From an uncultured Alphaproteobacteria bacterium (GTDB taxonomy: Bacteria > Pseudomonadota > Alphaproteobacteria > Rhizobiales > Methyloligellaceae): DNA of 24,000 nucleotides. The notes under the pieces are model-generated. The model saw nothing but the letters and a program-made list of their open reading frames with translations, was not told the origin of the DNA and did not search any database. The position numbers and the translations under genes were made by a program. This document shows positions 7,469 to 15,571 of this stretch, one piece after another. The first letter of the stretch is position 1. Every line of letters begins with the position of its first letter. The DNA lies in contig CAVTBH010000003.1 of assembly GCA_963732955.1 (NCBI GenBank), forward strand, positions 383,727 through 407,726. Direction: 5' to 3'.

Positions 7469-8284
7469 TTAGACGGCGACGCCCGGCATTTCGGCGTCAG
7501 CGCGCCGGAAACATTCGAGCATGCCCTGCACGATCTGGATGAGCAGCCCACCAAGGGCGAGCACGCTCCAGCCAAGCACGACGAAGCCCCAATGAACCGG
7601 CGCCGAGAACACCTCCTCGATTTGGAAGAACGCGTGCATCCACTCGTTGTAGCCGAGGTTCGGCAGGATCAAGAATGGCCCAAGCACCGCCAGCACAAAC
7701 GGGACGGAGATGTTCTTGGCGAATTTCGGCAGCCTCGTCATCGCATACAGGAATGAGCCGACGCCGAACAACACGTAGAGCGGCATCGCGCCATAAAACA
7801 GCACGATGTGACTGGGCGTGAAGCTGGTGTCGCGAACCACGGTCTGATGCCACGAGGCATCCTGCTCAGCGAAGAAACTTCCGCCGAAATACACGGCGAA
7901 GGCGTAGACCATGATGAACATCACCAGGGTGAAGTAGCGCTTGATCTCCGTGCGCACCGGAAGCTGGTCCAGGTGCTTGTCGCGGGTGAACCAGATGTAC
8001 GACCACAGCGCAACATAGCTGGCCATGATCAACGTCAACTCGGCCCGCATCAGATTCATCCAGTAGGTGTCGAACTCTGGAAGGGTCGAATCGAGGCCAG
8101 CGGTGAATGCAAACATCTGCTGGTACGTGCGGTAGCACACCATCACGACCGCGATACCCAATATCGCGAGCACGGCGGTGCGCAACGAAACAAACCTATT
8201 GGGCGAGTAATCAGCCCTCTTGTATTCAGACCTCGGGGGCGAGCTTTCAATCGCTCCCGTCGCTCGAACAGCTGCCATCGTCAT
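7469..8284 (-). CDS. pmoC: Copper membrane monooxygenase subunit C (PmoC/AmoC family)
   Basis: 271-aa ORF with GGAGGA 6 nt upstream of the ATG. EQDASWHQTVVRDTSFTPSH gives D-x3-H-x12-H, and NEWMHAFFQIEEVFSAPVHWG gives N-x3-H-x13-H. Both match the spacing of the two PmoC metal sites. Confidence 0.9.
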   Translation of the reverse strand: MTMAAVRATGAIESSPPRSEYKRADYSPNRFVSLRTAVLAILGIAVVMVCYRTYQQMFAFTAGLDSTLPEFDTYWMNLMRAELTLIMASYVALWSYIWFTRDKHLDQLPVRTEIKRYFTLVMFIMVYAFAVYFGGSFFAEQDASWHQTVVRDTSFTPSHIVLFYGAMPLYVLFGVGSFLYAMTRLPKFAKNISVPFVLAVLGPFLILPNLGYNEWMHAFFQIEEVFSAPVHWGFVVLGWSVLALGGLLIQIVQGMLECFRRADAEMPGVAV

Positions 8285-8640
8285 TTTTCGTCCTCCATTT
8301 ACGTTCCTGTTGCTTTGCTATTCGGCCGCAGCCCGACCTGACGCCACGGCCGCACGAAACCTTCATTCATCCCCCCGGCACGCTTGGCGCGTGCCGCATA
8401 CCTGTGTGCTCCCCTCGCTTCCTCCCGAACCAACAGCGATCCCGTTGTCCGAAAGAGTCTCCCGGCCAAATCCCTCGTGACGTGGCTTGAGGGCGAGCAC
8501 AGCTGGCCTTTGACTCTTGAGGTATAGACTACAGCGTGCTGTCCGAACCGCCATTGAACTTACGTAGGAGGACGCAGTCCAAGGACTAACAAACACTCAA
8601 TTCATATTTGTATTGGGGCGACAGCGGGCGCTTTGATCTA
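8285..8640 (-). promoter_or_regulatory. Long untranslated leader and probable promoter region of the pmoC-led operon
   Basis: About 650 nt of non-coding DNA separates the ompW stop from pmoC, and long 5' leaders are known for pmoCAB mRNAs. A perfect 8-bp stem-loop sits at 8376-8396 (CGGCACGC ttggc GCGTGCCG). An AT-richer segment lies at 8580-8640. No convincing -35/-10 pair could be fixed by eye. Confidence 0.3.
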
Positions 8641-8933
8641 GGACAGACTTCTTGCGTGATCTCGCTTCAGCGAAGCATTATGTTGCGACGCAGCATAATT
8701 GGTGCGCTGCACTTGCAGTCATCGGTTGACCTGCTTCAGGCCGACTGCAATTTGATGCCTTTGCGGCCTGCGAAAGCCGAGGAGGCTCACACCCTGCCAG
8801 GCCTGATCTTCACGCTGGGGTGGCGCGCATCATTACAACGCCGCGACGTTGCCGCAGCCAAAGCCGGCTGGGCAACGCGATCGCGGCGGGTCAACGGAGA
8901 GAGGAGACGGCGTCTTACCGCCGCGGCTGAGCC

Positions 8934-9728
8934 TCAGAACTTGTAGCCAATACCGGCGCTCAGGATCCACGGATCGAGTTTCAGATTGTCCACGACCAGC
9001 GAGCGTCCAGCCAAGATGCCCTTCCCTCGCCAAGACACGTCCGGCTCCAGGAACATGTATTTGGCGTCGACGTTCAGCTGCCAGTTCCCGCCAATAGCGA
9101 TATCGGCGCCAAACTGCCCGGTGACGCCCCACGAGTCGTCGATCTTCACCGACTTTGCGACCGGCGCCAGGCCAGAGCCGACTTCCGAATCGACGAAGAT
9201 CGCGTAAGTGGGGCCCGCGCCGACATACGGCTTGAACGCGCCCATCGGGATATGGAACTGGAACAAGATGGTTGCGGGGATCGCCCAGGTGCTGGCGACT
9301 TCCCGACCGGTCCCGGTCACGGCGTTGATGGTATCGCCGAGCGCCCCGGTGGCGTCGACCGTATGCTTGGTCGCACAGCAGATCGCTTCGACGGCGAAGT
9401 TATTCGTCAGAAAGTAGGAGAAGTCGAGTTCCGGGATCCACTGGTTCGTTACCGATGCGTCGTGGCCGGGCAAGACGCCGCCACTTAGCGGGAAGAATGG
9501 GCCCGCCGGGTTGATGTAGGCTTTGTCGACATCGCCTTCCATGATCAAGTAGGTGGCACGCGCCCTGACAAGAAAGTGCCCCGCCCAGTCGCTCGAAGCC
9601 ACCGGCGCCGGCGGCGGCTCCAGCGAATCTCCTGCCATCGCAGGTGAGCCAGCACTCAAGATGACGCCCAGTCCCAAGGCGAACCCAATGGCCAGCGCCG
9701 AATGAGACATCTTTTGGCGACGTGTCAT
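8934..9728 (-). CDS. ompW: OmpW/AlkL-family outer-membrane beta-barrel protein
   Basis: The ORF track starts at a TTG at 9737. The ATG at 9728 gives MTRRQKMSHSALAIGFALGLGVILSAGSPAMA as signal peptide. Family-like stretches are FAVEAI, KPYVGAGPTYAIF, WGVTGQFGADI and the C-terminal LSAGIGYKF. Confidence 0.8.
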   Translation of the reverse strand: MTRRQKMSHSALAIGFALGLGVILSAGSPAMAGDSLEPPPAPVASSDWAGHFLVRARATYLIMEGDVDKAYINPAGPFFPLSGGVLPGHDASVTNQWIPELDFSYFLTNNFAVEAICCATKHTVDATGALGDTINAVTGTGREVASTWAIPATILFQFHIPMGAFKPYVGAGPTYAIFVDSEVGSGLAPVAKSVKIDDSWGVTGQFGADIAIGGNWQLNVDAKYMFLEPDVSWRGKGILAGRSLVVDNLKLDPWILSAGIGYKF

Positions 9729-10105
9729 GATTTCCAATCCCCCGTCTTCTCTCGTTTTATTCTTTCATCCCCCAGAATCCCAACAAACGCAGGAGTTGAA
9801 TTTTCATACGAGACGGTAGAACCTCTGTCCCTTCGACCAAAGTCCAAATGCTAAGCATGGCGGACAAGCTCCGGGATTGAATCAAGCGCGATGCGACCGA
9901 TGCCACTGCGCTCCACCACTCTAAGCGCCTGAAAGAGAATGAGTTTTTAAAACAAAAGTTGGAGAAAAATATTCCTCGGCATGGCCAATTCTGCTGTGGC
10001 AGAACAGTCACATAGCTGGCCTAAATTAAACTCAATTCGATTTGGTCGGGCCCCCGCCGAAAGGCGCCCTGCGAGACTGATCTACATCATTTTTGCGGAT
10101 CGGGG

Positions 10106-10149
10106 GGCACAAAGGCCAATAGCCCGCATCCAAGACTTCAACTTAAGCT
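10106..10149 (+). repeat. Copy A of a duplicated upstream element (GGCACAAAGGCCAATA ... GACTTCAACTTAAGCT)
   Basis: The 16-nt core is identical to 10761-10776. A second block, 14 of 16 identical to 10788-10803, follows at nearly the same spacing (12 vs 11 nt). Similarity continues to an RBS-like GTGAAGGAGGG, which is not followed by a start codon. Confidence 0.7.
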
Positions 10150-10270
10150 CGCGCGTGAAGGAGGGACGGAACGCCTTTCTTCCTTGGACGCCAAGCCGCG
10201 ATTGGCCCTGGCAGGCCAAAAACAAACGGCGCGGCCACAATAGCCACAATAAAAGAGAGAAGAGGAAGCG

Positions 10271-10615
10271 ATGAACGAGGATAGACGCAAGCTACTGATC
10301 ACCGGGGGTCTGACGGCGGGAGCGCTCGTGGCGGGTGCGCTGCCTGTGACAAAGGCCGCTGCCGAGGACGCAACGCACATGCATGCCGCTCTTTCGGCTG
10401 ATGGTGACGCGCTCGACGCGGCGGTCGAAAACCGATGCGGAACCTGCCAATTCTGGGGCGGGATGCGCAAGATCTCGGCAGACCATAAGTCGGTGTTCGC
10501 GCAGAGCCTCGGATGGTGCAACAACCCGAAGAGCCCGAACTACAACAAATTGACGAACGCCAATCACGAAATGACTGACGCCGGCGTTTGGACGAGGTGG
10601 CCGGCGCTGGCCTGA
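10271..10615 (+). CDS. Tat-exported small Cys protein, HiPIP-like (only 3 of the 4 canonical Cys)
   Basis: 114-aa ORF with a purine-rich RBS (GAGGAAG). Twin-arginine signal DRRKLLITGG. CGTCQFWGG and GWC resemble the first and last HiPIP cluster-ligand motifs, but the third Cys region is missing. Confidence 0.45.
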   Translation: MNEDRRKLLITGGLTAGALVAGALPVTKAAAEDATHMHAALSADGDALDAAVENRCGTCQFWGGMRKISADHKSVFAQSLGWCNNPKSPNYNKLTNANHEMTDAGVWTRWPALA

Positions 10616-10760
10616 CGTGCAAAACCGTTCCCTAGCGCAAGCGGGATGCGCAGACGCCTCGCTTGTTCCGGCCGGCGCCCGAAGGTGACACTTTCGGGTG
10701 CCGGCTGGAGCGAAGAGCTGGGGAGGGCTGTTCCCGGGCGCATTCGCGATGGTTGGGTTT

Positions 10761-10803
10761 GGCACAAAGGCCAATACCCCCTTCTCCGACTTCGACTTAG
10801 GCT
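10761..10803 (+). repeat. Copy B of the duplicated upstream element, 30 nt upstream of the RBS of the 10833 gene
   Basis: GGCACAAAGGCCAATA ... GACTTCGACTTAGGCT. With its flanking TT it forms the inverted repeat TTGGC-n6-GCCAA. Confidence 0.7.
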
Positions 10804-10832
10804 TGAAGTGTCTATCGTGGGGAGGACAACAA

Positions 10833-11048
10833 ATGGCTCAAGCGTATCAAGGCTCGGCCGTCACCATTTTCTACGATGAGAAGATCTGCCAGCACGCTGG
10901 CAATTGCGTCAAAACCCTGCCGAGCGTGTTCGACGTGTCGCGAACGCCGTGGATTGATCCCGATCGGGCCTCGCCGCAAGAGATCAAAGACGCCATTGCG
11001 AAATGCCCGACCGGTGCCCTCACCTTCAAGCTGACGGGAGATAATTGA
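10833..11048 (+). CDS. Small divergent 4Fe-4S mono-cluster protein (Fer4_19/DUF1271-like)
   Basis: The ORF track starts at 10698, but the ATG at 10833 follows GGGGAGGA. The 71-aa product MAQAYQG...ICQHAGNCVKTLPSVFD...WIDPD...IAKCPTGAL matches the C-x-H-x3-C ... C-P pattern of this family. Confidence 0.65.
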   Translation: MAQAYQGSAVTIFYDEKICQHAGNCVKTLPSVFDVSRTPWIDPDRASPQEIKDAIAKCPTGALTFKLTGDN

Positions 11049-11111
11049 GGGCGCGGCGCGGCGGGGCTGGCTCTGCCGACCGCGCGGGATCGGAATTGAT
11101 CGCCGCCCGCG

Positions 11112-12311
11112 CTAAAGGGCTTTGCGGCCGAAGGCGATGCCGGTCAAGGTCTGGTTGAGGTGCAGTCCGTTGAACTGCTCGCCATACGTATGGAAGCCGA
11201 TGACCTTGTGCTTCTTGTAAAGCCGCTCAAGCTGATGCCGCGACTGGCTGATCTCGGCATCGAGGCGCCGGAATAGGCAATCGAAGCCGAGAATGACGTC
11301 GACATCGTCGAGTTCGTCTTCGAGGAACACGAGCTCCTTGGCGGTCGATTCGACGATGTTGTGCGGGTAAGCCGCGGTGAACACCACCCCCTCGTCGACG
11401 GCGCAGAAGAACAGCAGGCTGCCATCCGCGTTCACTTTGCGGATCGAGCGACAATAATAATTGTCGCCGACCTTCACCGCCAAAGGATAGGAGGCGAAGC
11501 TGAGAGGACCGAGCTGATCCGGGTCGATGCCGATGGCGCTGGCATATTCGCTCGCCGCGGGTTCGGCGTTGAGCTCGGAGACGATGCGGTTTTCGGGGTC
11601 CGCTCGCGTCACCACCAGCTTGACGGGCTTCGGTCTCAGATTGTGAACGCTGAAGGTGCGGAACGGGAAGTCGGTCTTGCCGATGATCAGGACGGCGACC
11701 TTCTTGCCCTTGCTGCCACTGTGGATCAGATCGGTGGATTCGAACACCGCGTCATCGCCCGCAGAGCCGCCGACCAGGGGAATGCTGTTCAGCTCCCAGG
11801 AGATATAGCCGACAACGAACTCCTCCCGATTCGACACACCGTCCGTCAGCAGGATCGCGAAGAGACCATCATTCGTTTCTCTCGAGTTGGTCACGCCGGC
11901 GCGCGCCAGCAGCCTCTTGGTCACTTTCGTAGCGTTCTCGATGGTCGGATTTTCGATCACGTCGGAATAGAGGCGAAAGCCGGTGACCGGAAAGGCGAAG
12001 GCGACGAGGGCCCCTTGCGTCATCCCCTTGGGCGTGATCTCGCCGGCGGTCGAGCAGCCGCTGATCACCACACCAGGAAAAGCATCTTCCAATTCAGCGA
12101 TGAGAGCCTTGGCGTCGTGGCGGCCCTTGGAAAAGAACACGAGCAGATACTGGATCGGCCTTTTCCCGAGAACGCGTTTCACTTCGGCGACGGCTTTTTT
12201 GGTCGAAGTCTCACCGCTCGCCGCCACGCGAATTCCGGTGTTCTGCATCACATTGTCCACGTCCGAATTCCTTGCTCGAGGAAAAGCGACCGGGGCCACC
12301 GAGACTGGCAT
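11112..12311 (-). CDS. FIST-domain (FIST_N + FIST_C) sensory protein
   Basis: 399-aa ORF. The layout and the C-terminal GFHTYGEQ are typical of FIST_C. An alternative start at 12248 (MQNTGIR) is possible, and neither start has a strong RBS. Confidence 0.75.
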   Translation of the reverse strand: MPVSVAPVAFPRARNSDVDNVMQNTGIRVAASGETSTKKAVAEVKRVLGKRPIQYLLVFFSKGRHDAKALIAELEDAFPGVVISGCSTAGEITPKGMTQGALVAFAFPVTGFRLYSDVIENPTIENATKVTKRLLARAGVTNSRETNDGLFAILLTDGVSNREEFVVGYISWELNSIPLVGGSAGDDAVFESTDLIHSGSKGKKVAVLIIGKTDFPFRTFSVHNLRPKPVKLVVTRADPENRIVSELNAEPAASEYASAIGIDPDQLGPLSFASYPLAVKVGDNYYCRSIRKVNADGSLLFFCAVDEGVVFTAAYPHNIVESTAKELVFLEDELDDVDVILGFDCLFRRLDAEISQSRHQLERLYKKHKVIGFHTYGEQFNGLHLNQTLTGIAFGRKAL

Positions 12312-12384
12312 AGCCCGAGATCGCAGGCAATAGCATCACCCGGCGCGGCCGCTTTCCTTGCCAAAGAAGGTCTCTCGCCCAGGG

Positions 12385-13372
12385 TCATTGGATCTCTACC
12401 ACCACCCTGCCCCGTACGTCGCCTGCCATGATGGCCTTCGCCGTGTCGGCAACATCGGCAAGGCCGATGGTCGTGCGCATGGCGTTGAGCTTGTCGCGAT
12501 CGAGATCGCGCGCCAAACGCTGCCACGCCACAAGGCGCCGCGGTCGCGGGCACATGACGCTGTCGATCCCGTACAAGGTGATGCCACGTAAGATGAAGGG
12601 CGCAACCGAGGTGGGGAGATCCATGCCCTGCGCCAACCCGCAAGCCGCAACGGCGCCGCCATAGCTCGTCATGCTGAGCACATTCGCAAGCGTATGCGAG
12701 CCGACCGGGTCGACGCCGGCGATCCAGCGTTCCTTGCCGAGAGGACGCCCGGGCCCGGACAACTCGCTGCGATCGATGATCTCAGCCGCCCCGAGATTTT
12801 CGAGATAGGCCTTCTCGCTGGTGCGGCCGGTGACGGCGATCACATGCCAGCCGAGCTTGGCGAGAATTGCGATCGCCGTGGAGCCGACGCCACCCGCGGC
12901 GCCGGTGACCACCGCGGGGCCCATCGACGGCTGAAGGCCGTGGCCCTCAAGCGCCAGGATACACAACATCGCGGTATAGCCGGCCGTGCCGATGGCCATC
13001 GCCTCGTCGGCATGCAGACCTTCCGGCAGCGGCACGAGCCAATCGCCCTTGACCCGCGCGCGCTCGGCATAACCGCCGAAATGAGTTCTCGCCGAGCCCC
13101 CAGCCGTTGAGGATGACCTGGTCGCCAGGCTTGTAATCCGGGTGGATCGAGGTTTCGACCACGCCAGCGAAATCGATTCCCGGAATCATCGGAAATTTGC
13201 GCACCACGGGGGCCTTGCCGGAGATCGCCAGGCCATCCTTGTAGTTCACGGTCGAATGGGTGACGCGGACGGTGACGTCGCCATCCATCAAGTCGCTATC
13301 GTTCAAACTCTTCAGCGCAAGGGTCTGCGCATCGTCGCTCTTCTCTAACAAAAGTGCCTTGAAATCGCTCAT
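12385..13372 (-). pseudogene. acuI: Frameshifted YhdH/AcuI-family NADPH quinone oxidoreductase / acrylyl-CoA reductase
   Basis: The N-terminal part ([11 protein letters not shown]...[13 protein letters not shown]...[10 protein letters not shown]) and the C-terminal part ([24 protein letters not shown]...GRVVVEIQ) lie in different frames. Removing one base near 13081-13086 restores [28 protein letters not shown], which parallels E. coli Yhd[23 protein letters not shown]. Confidence 0.8.
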
Positions 13373-13657
13373 AACGGTCCTTGCAAGAACGGGCGCCTCT
13401 TTAAGCCTGGCCGGCATGGAGCAGGTCCCCGTCATTTTCGGAAAGGCCCCGGTTTGGGCCGGTTTCGTCGTCGTTGTGGTGCCTTCCCGTTATCGACCCA
13501 ATCGGCCGGTATTTCTTTTGGACTAAAGTATACCCAATCTCTGGGGTGCAGATGCTCGCCCTCCCTGGGAGGCGATGCGATGATGATAACGTTCGGTGAC
13601 CCGCGCGGGCCGGACACGCAACGAATAAGAAGATGCCAACCGGGAGGGTAAGCGCAG

Positions 13658-15571
13658 ATGAGCCGCTACGGCGAGGTCTATGAAAGCTGGCGAAAAGACC
13701 CCGAGTCGTTCTGGGCCAATGCGGCGTCGGATGTCGTCTGGCACAAACCGTTCGACAAAGTCTTCGACGGTGACGCCGGGATCTATGGCCGCTGGTTCGT
13801 CGGCGGCGAATGCAACACCTCCTATAACTGCGTCGACCGACACGTCGCCGAAGGACGCGGGAACCAGACCGCGATCATCTATGACAGTCCCGTGACCGGG
13901 ACCGAGAGGTCACTCACCTTCGCCGAGCTTCTCGACGAGGTCGAAACCTTTGCCGCCGTCCTCGCCGACAAGGGCGTGAGGAAGGGGGACCGCGTCGTCA
14001 TCTATATGCCGATGGTGCCGGAGACCGTTGTCGCCATGCTCGCCACGGCGCGGCTTGGGGCCGTTCACTCCGTCGTCTTCGGCGGCTTCGCCGCCGCCGA
14101 GCTCGCGGTCCGCATCAACGACGCCATGCCGAAGGCCGTGGTCTCAGCGTCGTGCGGCGTGGAACCCGGGCGCATCGTGCATTACAAGCCGTTGCTTGAT
14201 GCCGCGATCGAGATGGCCGACCACAAGCCTGACGCCTGCATCATCCTCCAGCGCACCATGGCGGAAGCGCCTCTCCTCAAGGGGCGCGACGACGACTGGG
14301 CTGAGTGCGTTGCGAACGCTCGGTCGCAAGGCCGCAAGGAGGCTTGCGTTCCGGTCGCCGCGACTGATCCGCTCTACATTCTTTACACCTCCGGCACGAC
14401 CGGACACCCCAAGGGCGTGCTGCGCGACAATGGCGGTCACATGGTGGCGCTGAAATGGTCGATGCCGAACATCTACGACGTGAAGCCGGGCGAAACCTAT
14501 TGGGCCGCATCCGATATCGGCTGGGTGGTCGGTCACTCCTATATCGTCTATGCGCCGCTCCTGAACGGCAACGCCACCATCGTCTTTGAAGGCAAGCCGG
14601 TCGGCACCCCAGACGCCGGAGCCTTCTGGCGGGTGATCTCGGAGCATCGGCCTGCTGCCCTGTTCACGGCGCCGACCGCGCTCCGCGCCATCAAGCGGGA
14701 CGACCCCCGGGGCGACTTCATCCGGCGCTACGACCTCTCCAGCCTGCGCACGCTGTTTCTCGCCGGCGAGCGCGCCGACCCCGACACCATCCTATGGGCC
14801 GAGGAGCATTTGGGCATTCCGGTGATCGATCATTGGTGGCAGACGGAAACCGGATGGGCGATCGCTGGCAATCCTGTCGGCCTCGGCCCACTGCCGGTGA
14901 AGCGCGGCTCGGCCGCGGTCGCCATGCCAGGCTATGACATCCAGATCCTCGACGACGGCGGTCATCCGGTCGAGACCGGCAAGCTCGGCAATATCGTGAT
15001 GAAGCTGCCGCTGCCGCCGTCCTGCCTGCCGACGCTATGGCATGCCGACGACCGCTTTCGCGCCAGCTATCTCGATGAGTTTCCCGGCTATTGCAAGACC
15101 GCCGATGCCGGCTACCGCGACGAGGACGACTACATCTTCATCATGAGCCGCACCGACGACATCATCAACGTTGCAGGCCATCGCCTGGCCACCGGCGCCA
15201 TGGAGGAGGTGCTTGCCTCGCACAAGGACGTCGCCGAATGCGCCGTCATTGGCGCTTTCGACACGGTGAAGGGCGAGGTGCCGGTCGGCTTTCTCGTGGT
15301 GAAGTCCGGCGTCGAGCGCGACCGGGCCGCGATCGAGAAGGAAGTCATCGAGCTCGTGCGCGAGCGAATCGGGCCGGTCGCTGCCTTCAAGACCGCCTTG
15401 ACGGTGTCCCGGCTGCCGAAAACGCGTTCGGGCAAGATCTTGCGCGGCACCATCAAGAAGATCGTCGACGGCCAGAGCTACAATCTGCCGCCGACGCTGG
15501 AAGACCCTGCCGCGCTCAGCGAGATCGAGACGGCCGTCGAGAGCCGCAAGCGTGCGGCAGTCACCGCCTAA
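13658..15571 (+). CDS. prpE: Propionate-CoA ligase (propionyl-CoA synthetase, acyl-CoA synthetase family)
   Basis: 637-aa ORF with a GGGAGGG RBS. The N-terminus ...ESFWANAA...WHKPF...RWFVGGECNTSYNCVDRHV and the YTSGTTGHPKG AMP-binding motif are PrpE-like, as is the length. Confidence 0.85.
   Translation: MSRYGEVYESWRKDPESFWANAASDVVWHKPFDKVFDGDAGIYGRWFVGGECNTSYNCVDRHVAEGRGNQTAIIYDSPVTGTERSLTFAELLDEVETFAAVLADKGVRKGDRVVIYMPMVPETVVAMLATARLGAVHSVVFGGFAAAELAVRINDAMPKAVVSASCGVEPGRIVHYKPLLDAAIEMADHKPDACIILQRTMAEAPLLKGRDDDWAECVANARSQGRKEACVPVAATDPLYILYTSGTTGHPKGVLRDNGGHMVALKWSMPNIYDVKPGETYWAASDIGWVVGHSYIVYAPLLNGNATIVFEGKPVGTPDAGAFWRVISEHRPAALFTAPTALRAIKRDDPRGDFIRRYDLSSLRTLFLAGERADPDTILWAEEHLGIPVIDHWWQTETGWAIAGNPVGLGPLPVKRGSAAVAMPGYDIQILDDGGHPVETGKLGNIVMKLPLPPSCLPTLWHADDRFRASYLDEFPGYCKTADAGYRDEDDYIFIMSRTDDIINVAGHRLATGAMEEVLASHKDVAECAVIGAFDTVKGEVPVGFLVVKSGVERDRAAIEKEVIELVRERIGPVAAFKTALTVSRLPKTRSGKILRGTIKKIVDGQSYNLPPTLEDPAALSEIETAVESRKRAAVTA

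Noticed and set aside
5212-8284. Possibility that the operon is pxmABC (the pXMO-type CuMMO)
   Set aside because: The gene order on the coding strand is C-A-B, whereas pxm operons are arranged A-B-C.
8505-8530. TTGACT ... TATAGA on the plus strand, resembling -35/-10 hexamers
   Set aside because: The spacer is only 7 nt, and the orientation points away from pmoC, with no plausible plus-strand gene downstream.
8363-8946. ORFs 8363..8596 (-, 77 aa) and 8608..8946 (+, 112 aa) in the ompW-pmoC intergenic region
   Set aside because: They have no RBS, and their composition is unremarkable or Arg-rich. The region is better explained as the pmoC promoter and long leader. A small protein cannot be excluded, but nothing supports one.
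9975-10030. TGGC-containing sequences (TGGCCAATTCTGCT, TGGCAGAACAGTCACA) as possible sigma-54 promoters
   Set aside because: The GG-N10-GC spacing of the -24/-12 consensus is not met in either case.
9757-10274. ORFs 9757..10011 (-) and 9981..10274 (+) in the AT-richer spacer upstream of ompW
   Set aside because: They have no RBS, odd composition (for example a C-terminal KRRGHNSHNKREKRKR run) and no motifs. They probably lie in the non-coding promoter region for ompW and the Tat-protein gene.
11361-12431. 356-aa plus-strand ORF antisense to the FIST gene
   Set aside because: Same reasoning: the opposite strand encodes a recognisable FIST protein, and this frame has no motifs or RBS.
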